Assembly (NCBI RefSeq): GCF_018350175.1 | Contig: NC_058376.1 | Location: 96,720,001-96,784,000 of the forward strand | Direction of reading: 5' to 3' | From: Felis catus | Lineage: Eukaryota | DNA length: 64,000 bases | Part shown: piece after piece, positions 38,806-50,464 of the stretch | How positions within the stretch are numbered: the stretch's first letter is position 1 | Layout of the letters: every line of letters begins with the position of its first letter | The notes under the pieces: model-generated | The model's input: the letters and a program-made list of their open reading frames with translations, nothing else | Told to the model about the DNA's origin: nothing | The model's database searches: none | Translations under genes and position numbers: made by a program

Positions 38806-39276
38806 NNNNNNNNNNNNNNNNNNNNNNNNNNNNNNNNNNNNNNNNNNNNNNNNNNNNNNNNNNNNNNNNNNNNNNNNNNNNNNNNNNNNNNNNNNNNNNN
38901 NNNNNNNNNNNNNNNNNNNNNNNNNNNNNNNNNNNNNNNNNNNNNNNNNNNNNNNNNNNNNNNNNNNNNNNNNNNNNNNNNNNNNNNNNNNNNNNNNNNN
39001 NNNNNNNNNNNNNNNNNNNNNNNNNNNNNNNNNNNNNNNNNNNNNNNNNNNNNNNNNNNNNNNNNNNNNNNNNNNNNNNNNNNNNNNNNNNNNNNNAACT
39101 NNNNNNNNNNNNNNNNNNNNNNNNNNNNNNNNNNNNNNNNNNNNNNNNNNNNNNNNNNNNNNNNNNNNNNNNNNNNNNNNNNNNNNNNNNNNNNNNNNNN
39201 NNNNNNNNNNNNNNNNNNNNNNNNNNNNNNNNNNNNNNNNNNNNNNNNNNNNNNNNNNNNNNNNNNNNNNNNNNNN
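38806..39276. other. Assembly gap containing a 4-nt called island
   Basis: N run with aact at 39097-39100. Confidence 1.
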
Positions 39277-39979
39277 TTCATCTCAGTAAACTGACTTTAT
39301 CTTCTTTGATCTCATTTAGTTCATTATTTTGCATGTTCTGTTCTTCTGATGTGATGGTTTCGTTTATCCATGTATTTGTCTGTTTCTTGTGAAAATCAAA
39401 CATGAAACACAACAAAAAATGGAGAGGGCTTAAACATTTGACCATTCTGTCTAAAGTTCACTGATTTAAGAAAGTTACCTAGTCATCTTAAAGTTTCCGG
39501 TTACTTAGATGTAAAACATCCATATTCAATAATTGAAATTTGATTCCGGTGAAAAAAATTGAATGTATTTATAAAGCACTATCAAAATGTGAGCATTTAT
39601 TTTGATTATGGTGAGGAATTTTCCAAATGGACTTTTTTTTTTAACCTAAACTCCAGGGAAATGCTATTCTTTACATTGAATTTTATTGCTGTGAGCATAT
39701 TTAAAAAGGTGGTATTGTTAGCTAAGGCTTATAAATATTTTCATTATTTACAAATTTCATTGGTTTTCAATATAGTTTTTAAATTATCACCACTTTTACC
39801 TTTCTTTACCACTTTGTTTTCCATCAAAAAATAGTTTTAGTTAACATACATTTGTTATGAATTGTGAAGATCTTCAAAAGAAGGCTGTACCAGGGTAAAT
39901 TTACTAGCATTGAGGATGGGGTGTAGGAAGCAAAACTGGGAGAGTATCTTAATATTTTTGTAGTTAAATTAGAGTCATA

Positions 39980-40222
39980 GGGGCGCCTGGGTGGCTCAGT
40001 CGGTTAAGCGACCGACCGGCTCAGGTCATGATCTCGCGGTCCGTGAGTTCGAGCCCCGTGTCGGGCTCTGGGCTGACAGCTCAGAGCCTGGAGCCTGTTT
40101 CAGATTCTGTGTCTCCCTCTTTCTCTGACCCTCCCCTGTTGATGATCTCTCTCTCTCTCTCTCTGTGTCAAAAATAAATAAATGTTAAAAAAAATTAAAA
40201 AAATAAATAAATGAATAAATAA
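39980..40222 (+). mobile_element. Can-SINE (SINEC_Fc type)
   Basis: Perfect TSD aaattagagtcata at 39966-39979 and 40223-40236. Confidence 0.97.
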
Positions 40223-40519
40223 AAATTAGAGTCATAAATTGAATTTGAACTTCGACTCAAGCCTTTGCAATTGGAAAAAAGGAAGCAATAATAAGCTTAA
40301 AAATTAGAAAGGAAAAATATTATTATTTGCTAATCATATGCTTATTTAAATATTTTAAGAATGAATTAAACAGCTTCACAAGCGATAAATGCACTTATGA
40401 AGCTTATAGGGAAAATGTTAATATTCTGAGATCATGCTAGGGTGATACAATGGCATATTAAAAGATAACATGAACACTCCCTTTGCAACTCAAAGTGAAA
40501 TATAGAAGAATAAATTAAT

Positions 40520-40741
40520 GGGGGGGGGGCCTGGGTGTCTCAGTTGGTTAAGCATCTGACTTTGGCTTACGTCAGGATCTTGTGGTTCATGGGTTCCAGC
40601 CCCGTGTCGGGCTCTGTGCTAACAGCCCAGAGCCTGGGGCCTGCTTTGGATTCGGTGTCTCCCTTTCTCTGCCCCTCTCCTACTCATGCTCTCTCTCTTT
40701 CTGTCTCTCTCAAAAATTAAATAAACATTAAAAAAAAGAAA
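40520..40741 (+). mobile_element. Can-SINE with a 5' G10 run
   Basis: TSD aagaataaattaat / aaggataaattaat. Confidence 0.95.
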
Positions 40742-40744
40742 AAG

Positions 40745-42720
40745 GATAAATTAATAGGAAATGCATAATATCTATAAAAAGAAAATCATAAGATGCTACT
40801 GAGGAAACAAAATAAGATTTAGATAAATGGAAATGTGCATGTTTTCGAATAGGGAGATACAGCATCTAAAGATTATTCCTTAATCTATATATTTAATGTT
40901 AAATTCATAAGAAAATAATATTTTTTTGGAAGCAGACATATTGTCCCTAAAGTTCGTGTGGAAAAATAAACAAGAGAAGTAGGAACAACTCTGAAAAAAT
41001 GAAAACAATGAAGGACCACGCCCAATGTTAAACCACATTGTAATGTTATAATAATTAAAACAGTGTGATGCTGGTGTATGACTAGACAGATTGATTAATG
41101 GAATTGACCCAAAAGTCCAAAAATAGACTCAAATACAGATATGTAGTTAGTATGTAAAGATGGCATTACAAATTAGTAGGGAGAAAGGGTCTATTCAATA
41201 ACTATGTTAGAGCAACTGAGGAAACACCTGGAAGAAAATGAAGTTGATCCCTATCTCACATGCTACATCAAAATTAATTCCACAATGGATCAAAAATTTA
41301 AATCCATAGGAGAATGTTTTTCATGATCTGAGTGAAGAAGGCCTTTACAAGACAGATATGAATCTAGACGTCATTTAAAAAAAAAAAAGGACAAATTCAA
41401 CTGCATAAATTAAAAAGAATTCTGCATAGATTAAATAAAAAAATTAAGAAGCAAAATACAAATTAAAAGCTAGGAATCTATAAACTGTATAAAAATAAAG
41501 GACTGGTTTTTCTCATTATGTGACCATTCCTTCGAATAACTAGATAAAATGAATGCAATGAAAGTTGTGCAAAGAACAGAGACTGTGGATAAGGGGAAAT
41601 AATGGCTCTTTAACAAATAAAAAGATTTTCAACCTTCTTTAGAATGACAGAAACCTAGACTATAAAGGGATATACCTTCTACTTTTCAGCTCGGAAAACA
41701 AAATCTCAAAGTTTGAAATATCACATCAATAAGGATGTAGAAAAATCTGCCTTTTCATGAATTGAAGTCAACAAACTGGAACAGTTTCTATGGCAAGCAA
41801 TTTGGCACCACCCAAACTTATTCAACATGTGCAACCCTTTGACCAAGCAATTCTGCTTCTAGGAATTTACTGCACAGATACGCATGCTCACACATAGAAT
41901 GACATTACCCAGCTATTTACTGCAGAACTGTCTTTCACTGGAGCATTAAAGCAACCCAATTGGAATTTAGTGGGAAGCCAGGAATAAATTATACCATATC
42001 CACAAAGAAGAATATTATGCTGCTGTTAAAAGAATGAAGTATAAATAAGGAATTTTATTTTTCTAACATAAATGCAGTCTGGTGCTACCACACTGACACC
42101 ATAATGCCAGCAAAGATCCAGGCTGCTTCTTTCCTTCTCTCATAAATTTTCACTGTGTGGCTTACCACCTACTTATTGCAGATGGTTGTTCCCTTGCCTA
42201 CATCTTACTGATGTTTTGGGCAGAGGGAAGTGGAACTGGACATTCTGCACTCTTCCAAAGAACATTCCCAGAAGCCCTATCGCTTCTACTTCCCTCTCAT
42301 TGGCCAGGACTGTATCGAATAGCCACTCAAATCTCAAGGCACCTTTGAAATATTGTCTTTTAGGTGAGCACGTATTTATCCAGAATATAAAGAACTTCCA
42401 TTATAAGGAAGGGGAGATTGTTGGGGATTCGGTAAGAAGCGTATGTGTGTGCATGTCTGCATGTGCGTATGTGTGTGTCCATATGCACTCACACTCGTGT
42501 GCGTGCACACTTATCTACGCAGTGGATATGTGTGAGGAGGAATAGGAAGAAGGTGGTTTTAGTTTCCTCTTAGGAGGAAACCCAAAAATTATAAGTAAGA
42601 GTAAAGATTTCCTTTTTACTGGATAATGATTTTCCTTTTACTGTATAATGTTTTATAACTTTTGAATTTTGTACCTCATACATATTATTTATTACAAAAA
42701 TATTGGAATAAAAAATTAAA
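40745..42720 (+). mobile_element. Ancient L1 (L1ME-like) ORF2 end and 3' UTR, interrupted by MLT1
   Basis: ataattaaaacagtgtgatgctggt, gatccctatctcacatgctacatcaaaattaattcc and ccctttgaccaagcaattctgcttctaggaatttac. Confidence 0.75.
42040..42430 (-). mobile_element. MaLR LTR (old MLT1)
   Basis: aaagatccaggctgcttct, ttcccagaagccc and cttccctctcattggccaggactgt. Confidence 0.6.
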
Positions 42721-42884
42721 CTTCCTTTTAAAATGCTTTTCAATAAAAATTCTTCAAAATTTTGAATTCACATAATTTCTTAATCAAATGCTTTAATATT
42801 AAACGTATAATATCTACCATGCAATTTGCACTGTTATAAAAATATATTAACCCCTTCATGGACAGGAAGATTTGGGCTAAAATT

Positions 42885-43080
42885 TCAGTTTTGTGGGTAG
42901 CATGACTCAGAGGAAATTAGTGGTGATTTCTCTAAGCTTCCATTTTCTCATGTACAACGGGAATAAGATTATTGTTGGAGCATTAAACTAGGTAATGTAT
43001 GTAATGCATGTAATTTAACATAGTACCAGGAAGAGTAGATGTTTCGTAATTGGTACCTACTATTTCTGTTATTATTGTAA
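42885..43080 (+). mobile_element. MIR SINE
   Basis: ttctctaagcttccattttctcatgtacaacgggaataa...ggtaatgtatgtaa. Confidence 0.6.
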
Positions 43081-43218
43081 TAATTACTGCTCCTCAGAAC
43101 ATTCATGTGAGGCTGTTGATTTTTCCTCTAAATAACATTAAAAGGAATAATATTATGAAGATAATCCAGCCTAGAAATAGTACAGTAACAAGAGCCTATC
43201 ATAAGGAACAATAGCAAA

Positions 43219-43369
43219 GGGTGCCTGGGCTCAGCTGGTTGAGCATTCAACTCTTGATATCGGCTCAGGTCGTGATCTCTCAGTTGTGAGATCGAGCGTG
43301 GAGCCTGCTGGGGATTCTTTCTTTCCCTCTCTCTCCATACTTTCTCTCTCAAAATAAACATTAAAAAAA
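43219..43369 (+). mobile_element. Internally deleted Can-SINE
   Basis: Perfect 15-bp TSD ataaggaacaatagc at 43201-43215 and 43370-43384; body only about 150 nt. Confidence 0.92.
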
Positions 43370-44720
43370 ATAAGGAACAATAGCTTATCTTATGTCTTAA
43401 CCACAATCTGAGAGCATCATAGTTTCTTAGGAGTTTTATACCACGTGATATGAGAGTTAAGTCACTAGGCTTATGTAAAATGGGTATTTTCTTTATATTC
43501 AATACTATTAATGTTAGGTTCTGGACACTGCAACTGAACAATCAGTCTTCAATATGTTTCTGTCAGATTAAAAGGAAGCTGAAATTCCTGGCTCAACTAC
43601 AAATATGGAACACCCTAACTTTCATTGGCAATTAGTTGCAAAACTGACTTTCCAAAAAGTCAGGATGCGTCAAAATATAGAATAATGGTAGGCCCACATT
43701 CTAAATACCATTATAGGAATATGTCCTATAACTCACATGCAATATATTATGATTGAAAGAAGCCCTTCAGATTCGTAATGATTTTACAAATGAAAGACTA
43801 AAGCCCTTTATTAAGCAGTTGGCTTTCTTTTGTGATTTTTTTTTCCCCACAAAGAAACAAAGATTTCCTATCACCTAAAAAGACATTTTTACCTATAAAG
43901 ATAAGAGAAGAAAATCAGCTGACAGGATCAGTGAAACTCAAGCATTTTCCATTACCTCCACGGCACAGTACTACACCCATTAAATCGTGGGGGGAGATGA
44001 AAGCTTCCATGTCCTGGCTCTTAAAGGTTGCCTGCAAATAGTGGGAACCTTCAGAGTTAAACCTTTGAAAGCCAAGGGTCTGATCTACTGTTACAGTGTG
44101 CCTAGTTCAATATTCAACACAGTTGACTATTGCAGGAACTTACTGTTTTTCTTTTTTACTCATATATATATATATTCAGCTTGAAGAGTGTCTAAAATTG
44201 ATTTAATACTGCATGTATAGGACGTTTCAGAAATCTTTGTAAATCAACAATATATTCAAAATTCCCACTTTCTTTGGGAATTGGAAATAGCATTGCTCAT
44301 ACACAAGCAATGCAACTGAAAGAAAGAGATTTGATTTACCCCAAGGCTCTTGAAATGCTGGAGTAACAGCCTTAAAAAATAACCAAATTTTAGTCGGTTG
44401 TTTAGAAAGGTTGTCTTTAACTCTTGGCCAAAATATGCAAGTCTTGCAGTTTTCCAAGCCATTAACTGTATCAGTAACACAGATACATGGGGTGGAATGT
44501 TGAAACCAACTGGCTGAATACGTTTCTTTGTGTTTTCTTATCCTGTGTCCTTCACCAGCATGGCTGTGTCTTATACATTTCAGTCTTTAAGATGTTCACT
44601 GAGCTTCCCCCTTCCTCATCCCAAAGTCACGGGGAGGGTTCTGAAGAGGGAAGGGACCTCTGTAATTCTAATGTGGAAACAGGCTATAAGAAGGAAGCAG
44701 CGAAATAATAACCATTGTAA

Positions 44721-44785
44721 GCCTTACATATTTGTAAGGCTATAGAAACAGCAGTATTTGTATACTCATACTGCTGTTTCTATAG
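44721..44785. repeat. Two abutting inverted repeats (8-bp and 18-bp arms)
   Basis: gccttaca-tatt-tgtaaggc and ctatagaaacagcagtat-ttgtatactc-atactgctgtttctatag. Confidence 0.95.
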
Positions 44786-45007
44786 TAAACATTTTGGCAT
44801 CCACTTCAAATTTTCTATTAAGTAAGAATTTTAGGGTTGGAAGCCTTTCTTTCATCATTTCTTCAAAGCTCCAGCACACCTTTAGGTTTTCACAATTTGT
44901 ACGTATAATCCTTAAAACAAAGAAAGGCACCTCAATGAGGGAGCATGTGTGAGAAATAGGGAGGGGGCTGGGGAGAGAGAAGGGAAGAAAACAATGTTAG
45001 GTTATAC

Positions 45008-45179
45008 NNNNNNNNNNNNNNNNNNNNNNNNNNNNNNNNNNNNNNNNNNNNNNNNNNNNNNNNNNNNNNNNNNNNNNNNNNNNNNNNNNNNNNNNNNNNN
45101 NNNNNNNNNNNNNNNNNNNNNNNNNNNNNNNNNNNNNNNNNNNNNNNNNNNNNNNNNNNNNNNNNNNNNNNNNNNNNNN
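45008..45179. other. Assembly gap
   Basis: N run. Confidence 1.
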
Positions 45180-46239
45180 CTGAGGCTAGGTGTAAGTATT
45201 GGACTAACTTAATTTATGTAATTATCTCACATGGAAAGAATGCATTTGTGCCATGGTGTTATTATTCCATTAAGAAAAGTAAACAATGTATAAGCTGGAA
45301 TAGATAATACTTGAACAAAACCAAAAAGTTCCTATTGCCTATGTTGAAAAGAGGAAAAGAACTTATTAATTTCACACTGAAACTATTTTCCAATGAACGT
45401 GCTATTTGGCTCATGTGCCTGCTGTAGATTTATCATGTTCACGCAAATGAATGTCAGTCTGTTTAGGTAATCAATGCAAATTTCATTTCGTTAGTCAAAA
45501 ATAACAGCTTTTACAAGTCTGGTGAAATTGCCAGAATGTCAGACTTCGGTTGCTAAACTCAGTTTATGTACCGCATGGATCTAAATTTCTCATGTGAATT
45601 CATTCAAGAATACCAAAATAGTATTGGGTTTCTCTTACCCGAAGGCCCTTTTTAGTTGGTCAATTTATTTATCCTTACATATTTACTTATTCATTTGTTG
45701 GTTGGTTAGTTGGTTTATTAAGTACCTAGAAAAAAAGCACAGTTATTAAAAAAAAAAAAAAAAACATGATTCTGAAACAGATCGTATACACCGGCATTAG
45801 TAAAGGATTCAATATAGTAGAAAAAGCAAAAAATAAATCAGATTTTGAAAAATTTACACAGTTGTGAGGGATGATAAGAAGTTTGACTAAAAAAAAAGAA
45901 CTATTGACATGTTTTTATTATCTCAGAAAACATTTAAGTAGGAGCTTTAAAGGAGACCAGATGACAGGATTAAAGGGAAAAAATTAAAACTCAAATTTCC
46001 TTCCTCAAAGCAAGATAACATAAGAAAGGAAACAAACACATATGAGATGCATACAGATGTTTGTAAAGCAACTTTTCAATCCATGTAAGAACATAATGCA
46101 AACTGAGTTAACAATAGCGGGACTTGAGAGTACACGATGCTCACATACTTCTGCTATGTCATGTCATAAATGTCTAAATATATGCTTAGCAAAGAATTCA
46201 CAAACCATCTATCTGTATATAATCACTAACTTACTGGAA

Positions 46240-46286
46240 ATTTATTTGTTTATTTGTGTATTTATTTATTTATTTATTTATTTATT

Positions 46287-46325
<39 letters not shown>

Positions 46326-46484
46326 ATGAGTGAGTGAGGGGAAGAAAGAGGGAGAGAGCGAGAATCTCAAATCAGGGCTTCAGCTCGCCTGAGATGGGGC
46401 TCAAACTAATGAACCGTGAGACCATGACCTGAACCAAAGTTGGATGCTTAGCCAACTGAGTCACCCAGTTGCCCCAGGTGCCCC
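46240..46484 (-). mobile_element. Can-SINE with expanded (TTTA)n and (GA)n
   Basis: gaaccgtgagaccatgacctgaacc; ends ccaggtgcccc. Confidence 0.92.
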
Positions 46485-47589
46485 AGTTGATTCTATATAT
46501 ATGATACAAAGAATTATCATATGTATCATATCATACAAAGAATTATCATGAAGTTTGTCGGCACAAACAATTTTGGAGAAGGTAAATTGGAAGGTAGATT
46601 GATGAGAGGCCATTGTTGAGAAGGATGTGTGTGATTCTAGAAGCACAGTCAGGAGGCTGGGAAAACAATGTAGGCACTAGAAAGAGGAACAATGGGAGGC
46701 TAGAGGGAGATACGCATTTTAGAAGACTATGTTGGAAATCAAAAAACATTTTAAGGTATTCAAAAGAAAAAAAATGAAATTGGCTTGAATTGAAGTCTGA
46801 AAATAAGGCTAGTTGATTCGATACTTTAAATTCTGCGTTGTAGTTTTTAAATAAATTTTTCTTTACACGATTGGCTGGACATGAGGAATAAGGTGCCCGG
46901 GGTTGAGAGCAAGAAGACATGTAGAAGACCTTGTGGTTAATTTTACAGTTTTATATTCAAAATAGACTGAGCGGGGGCTTTCTGTGAAATGATTAAGGCA
47001 TGTATTGGTTTGTGTCACTGTAATGGAAGCAGGGACTCTGTCTCCTATTGTGTAGCCATTGAATTAGAATTGTGTCATGGCATCTAGAGCACAGACACTC
47101 AACTGCTCAGAAGTCAACCGATGGATTGAAAAAATGTGAATCAAAATACATCAGGAAAAAAATCATAAGATCATATCAATTTATAGTGAGGCTAAAGATG
47201 ACAGACTAAGAATGAAAATGAAAAATCACTGTATTTAATTTTCCTTTTCTATAAAAGAAAACCATATCCTTAGGAACAGAGGGGGAAAGAATCCTACCCA
47301 GTGTTGAAACCAACCCTGGGGTGCCACCTCTGAACTCATACTCCAGGGGAAGTAGATCTTCCTGAATCAATGACCAGTGACCAGTGTGCCAACTGTAAAG
47401 CTCCGAGAAATTCTCAAGGCTTATTCAATTTTTTAAAGAAAAGTTTACTGATTGCTGTTCAAACCCAAAACAGACATTGAATATAAATGACATATATTGA
47501 AATACATAAAGAATATATAAGTATAAATTGAATCCTTCCATTTATTAAATGCTAGTTATATGCAGGCAATCTATTGACTGACTTACTTT

Positions 47590-47776
47590 AATCATAGTAG
47601 TAAAAATATGGACTTTCAGGTTAAATTGCCTATGTTAAAATTATAACTTTTGGGGGGCGTCTTGGTGGCTCAGTCAGTGAAGAATTCGACTCTTAATTTT
47701 AGTTCAGGTCATGATCTCACGGTGGTGAGCTCGAGCCCTGCATTGGGCTTTGTGCTGAGTATGGAACCTGCTTAAG

Positions 47777-47826
<50 letters not shown>

Positions 47827-48080
47827 TTTCTCTCCCTCTGCTCCTACCCACTAGCATGAAAGTGTTCTCTGCCCCTCTCAAATAAATAAATAAGATTCTA
47901 ACGTTGTCATTATTAACTTTGTTACCTTTAGCCAGGTGTCCTTTCTCTTAGTTTCCTCATCTTTACAATCCAAATAATAACATTTGCTTCATACCTCAAA
48001 GGGTTATCGTGAAAACTGATTGGAATAATCCAAGTAAAATACTTAGAATAGTGATGAACATATAATAAGCACTCACTCAG
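47590..48080 (+). mobile_element. MIR interrupted by a Can-SINE
   Basis: ggactttcaggttaaattgcctatgttaaa before the SINE; tagtttcctcatctttacaat...agtaaaatacttagaatagtg after it. Confidence 0.65.
47652..47891 (+). mobile_element. Can-SINE with long (CT)n
   Basis: ggggcgtcttggtggctcagtcagt start and aataaataaataa tail. Confidence 0.93.
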
Positions 48081-48084
48081 CAAT

Positions 48085-48235
48085 TCACTCTAATCCTCAC
48101 AACGCTACAAAAATTTAAAAAATTGAAGCTCAAAAATTTTAAGAATTCTGTGCAAGTTCCTCTATCTGGTTAGTAGCAGGGCTGGGATTTTAACCCAGTA
48201 TGCCTGACTGGTCTGTCTTCACAGTGCTTCATTAC
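48085..48235 (-). mobile_element. MIR fragment
   Basis: taatcctcacaac...aattgaagctca...tagtagcagggctgggattttaacccag. Confidence 0.6.
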
Positions 48236-49223
48236 TTAATATTCACAACTGGGACCTCGACCTTACCCTTCAAGTGGCCTACCAGGTGTTGGTACATAGA
48301 AATGGGTCAGCCTCACAGTGCTCCATTTCCCTCCTGCACAAAGACTGTCAACATCTCTTACTCTCCTCTGACCTCTGCAGAATTCAGCAAGCCTAATCTA
48401 CAGATCCAAGAACTTAACTCATTAAAAAAAAAAAAAAAAGAGAGAGAGAGATTGAGAGAGTTCAAATTTCTTCAGAAAAACCAGAATGACTCTTCAGTTT
48501 GTTTGTTTGCTTAGGATCATGTAACCTTCCAAGGAAAACGTTTAAGATTTTGGAGAGAAGTTGATTTTTGGTGTTAAAAAAAAAATGACATGATAACTGG
48601 ACACAGTTGGCTCCAGAGAGGGCAACAGCATATAAAATCATGAGACACTTCAACCATCCTGTTAAAGTTAGAAAAATCCATTACCAAGTTGTAGAAGGAA
48701 AACAACTTGCGGAAATATCATCGAGGGCCGACCGTTTCCAATCACTGGTACTCCATTCATTATATGCTTGAGTGGTTCCAGGAACAACAGAGGACCGTGC
48801 ACTGTTACAATGCCAAGGACAAGAAAGGCAACTCAGCCTGTCGGGCTGACTTCCCCTCACAGCAATCCGAACATTTCAGGCTTCGCTTCCCTTGCCCAGA
48901 TGAGTTAGTCACTAGGGAAATGAAGCCATGGCCAAGGACTCCTTTCTCAGAGAAGACTCACTGCTCTTTTATGAACCATCGCCTGCTTCCACATTGTTCA
49001 GGCCTAGCACACACAAGCTCTATTTGGAAGGGACAAGAATGACATGTCAATCCATCTTCATTCTATTTTCAGGTAGAAAATAGAATGGACCACTATTTTC
49101 AGGTAGAATCACTAATTCTTACATCATCCCTATGAAACTGTTGCATTGTCTGGACGAGGAAGAGGATGCTCATGATATTAAGTTTAAAAGAGCATGTAGT
49201 TGCAAGTGATGGAAATGGGGTTT

Positions 49224-49391
49224 GGTGGCACCTGGGTGGCTCAGTCGGTTAAATGTTCGACTCTTGATTTCAGCTCATGATCTCACGGTTCCTGAGATGG
49301 AGCCTGGCGTCAGGCTCTGCCCTGGCATCACAGAGCCTACTTGGGATTCTCTTTCTGCCTCTCTCTTTGCCCTCACCCAGATGGTGCTCTC

Positions 49392-49430
<39 letters not shown>

Positions 49431-49431
49431 A
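49224..49431 (+). mobile_element. Can-SINE with (TAAA)n tail
   Basis: ggcacctgggtggctcagtcggttaa; flanking repeat gaaatgg. Confidence 0.93.
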
Positions 49432-50332
49432 AGAAATGGTGCCGTACCTAGGTCTCTGAGTTCTAAAACCCACGACATTTCACACGGCAGTTTAGCAGAG
49501 TTCAGAGGGATGAAAAATGCAGAATCCATAGTAGAGTGTAGGAAAAAAAAAGTCTAAGTTCCATTTGAGCAAATGCAAAAAAATTGATGCCTTTGAAAGA
49601 AGTAGAGAGCATCTGGATAAGACAGAAGAAAAAAAGTTTGTCTACTTAACATTTTATCATAAAAGAATAGGGGGTGGGGCCAGGGAAGATAGAATTTTAG
49701 CTTGCCTGGGGGTCCTGTATAATAGCTCTAAGCAGACATATGGTCAATGGCCACAATGAATAAAATATGCAGCCATAATGAAGCAATATTTTAAAATTCC
49801 CATCTGAGATGCTGATTCATTTGTATGTAATTCAGACTTTAAGAGTTGAGATGGTTATTCTTGCTGAGCTCAAGAACACACATTCCAACCTTTGTAAATT
49901 TAGTTAGTGATATGTGTAGGAGTTAAATCTTTCTAATATTTTGAAGTGAAGACACTGATATTAAGAGTATATTAAGTCTAGATATTAGAGCCACACATCC
50001 AAAAGTAAGAGAGCTAGTTGCTCAGTCGTGAGAAGGCATAATTTGATTCACATATTTGGTAATGATTGCTTAAATATGTTAGAGACTTTTGTAAAAAGAA
50101 TTAGCAACTGAGGTGTATCCCACAGGGATGCCTTGCAAGTTCTCCCCCTACAGTATAGCCCAGAGCTTTTATTAGATGTCTATGCTCTTATAACTGGTTC
50201 TGGATTGAACTATGGTTAATTTGTCCCTTAGCCTATTTGTTCTCTAAAAAGTTTGTAACCTAGAATAATAAAATTGGCTTTACTGACTCACTTTCTATTT
50301 TCCACTCTCTTTAGGGTTTTGTCCTAACATCT

Positions 50333-50464
50333 NNNNNNNNNNNNNNNNNNNNNNNNNNNNNNNNNNNNNNNNNNNNNNNNNNNNNNNNNNNNNNNNNNNN
50401 NNNNNNNNNNNNNNNNNNNNNNNNNNNNNNNNNNNNNNNNNNNNNNNNNNNNNNNNNNNNNNNN
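50333..50464. other. Assembly gap
   Basis: N run. Confidence 1.

Noticed and set aside
48468-48784. Scattered TTC(N3/N4)GAA STAT-like sites and a 111-aa ORF at 48707
   Set aside because: Isolated 6-bp-information motifs are expected by chance, and the ORF has a non-ATG start and no homology
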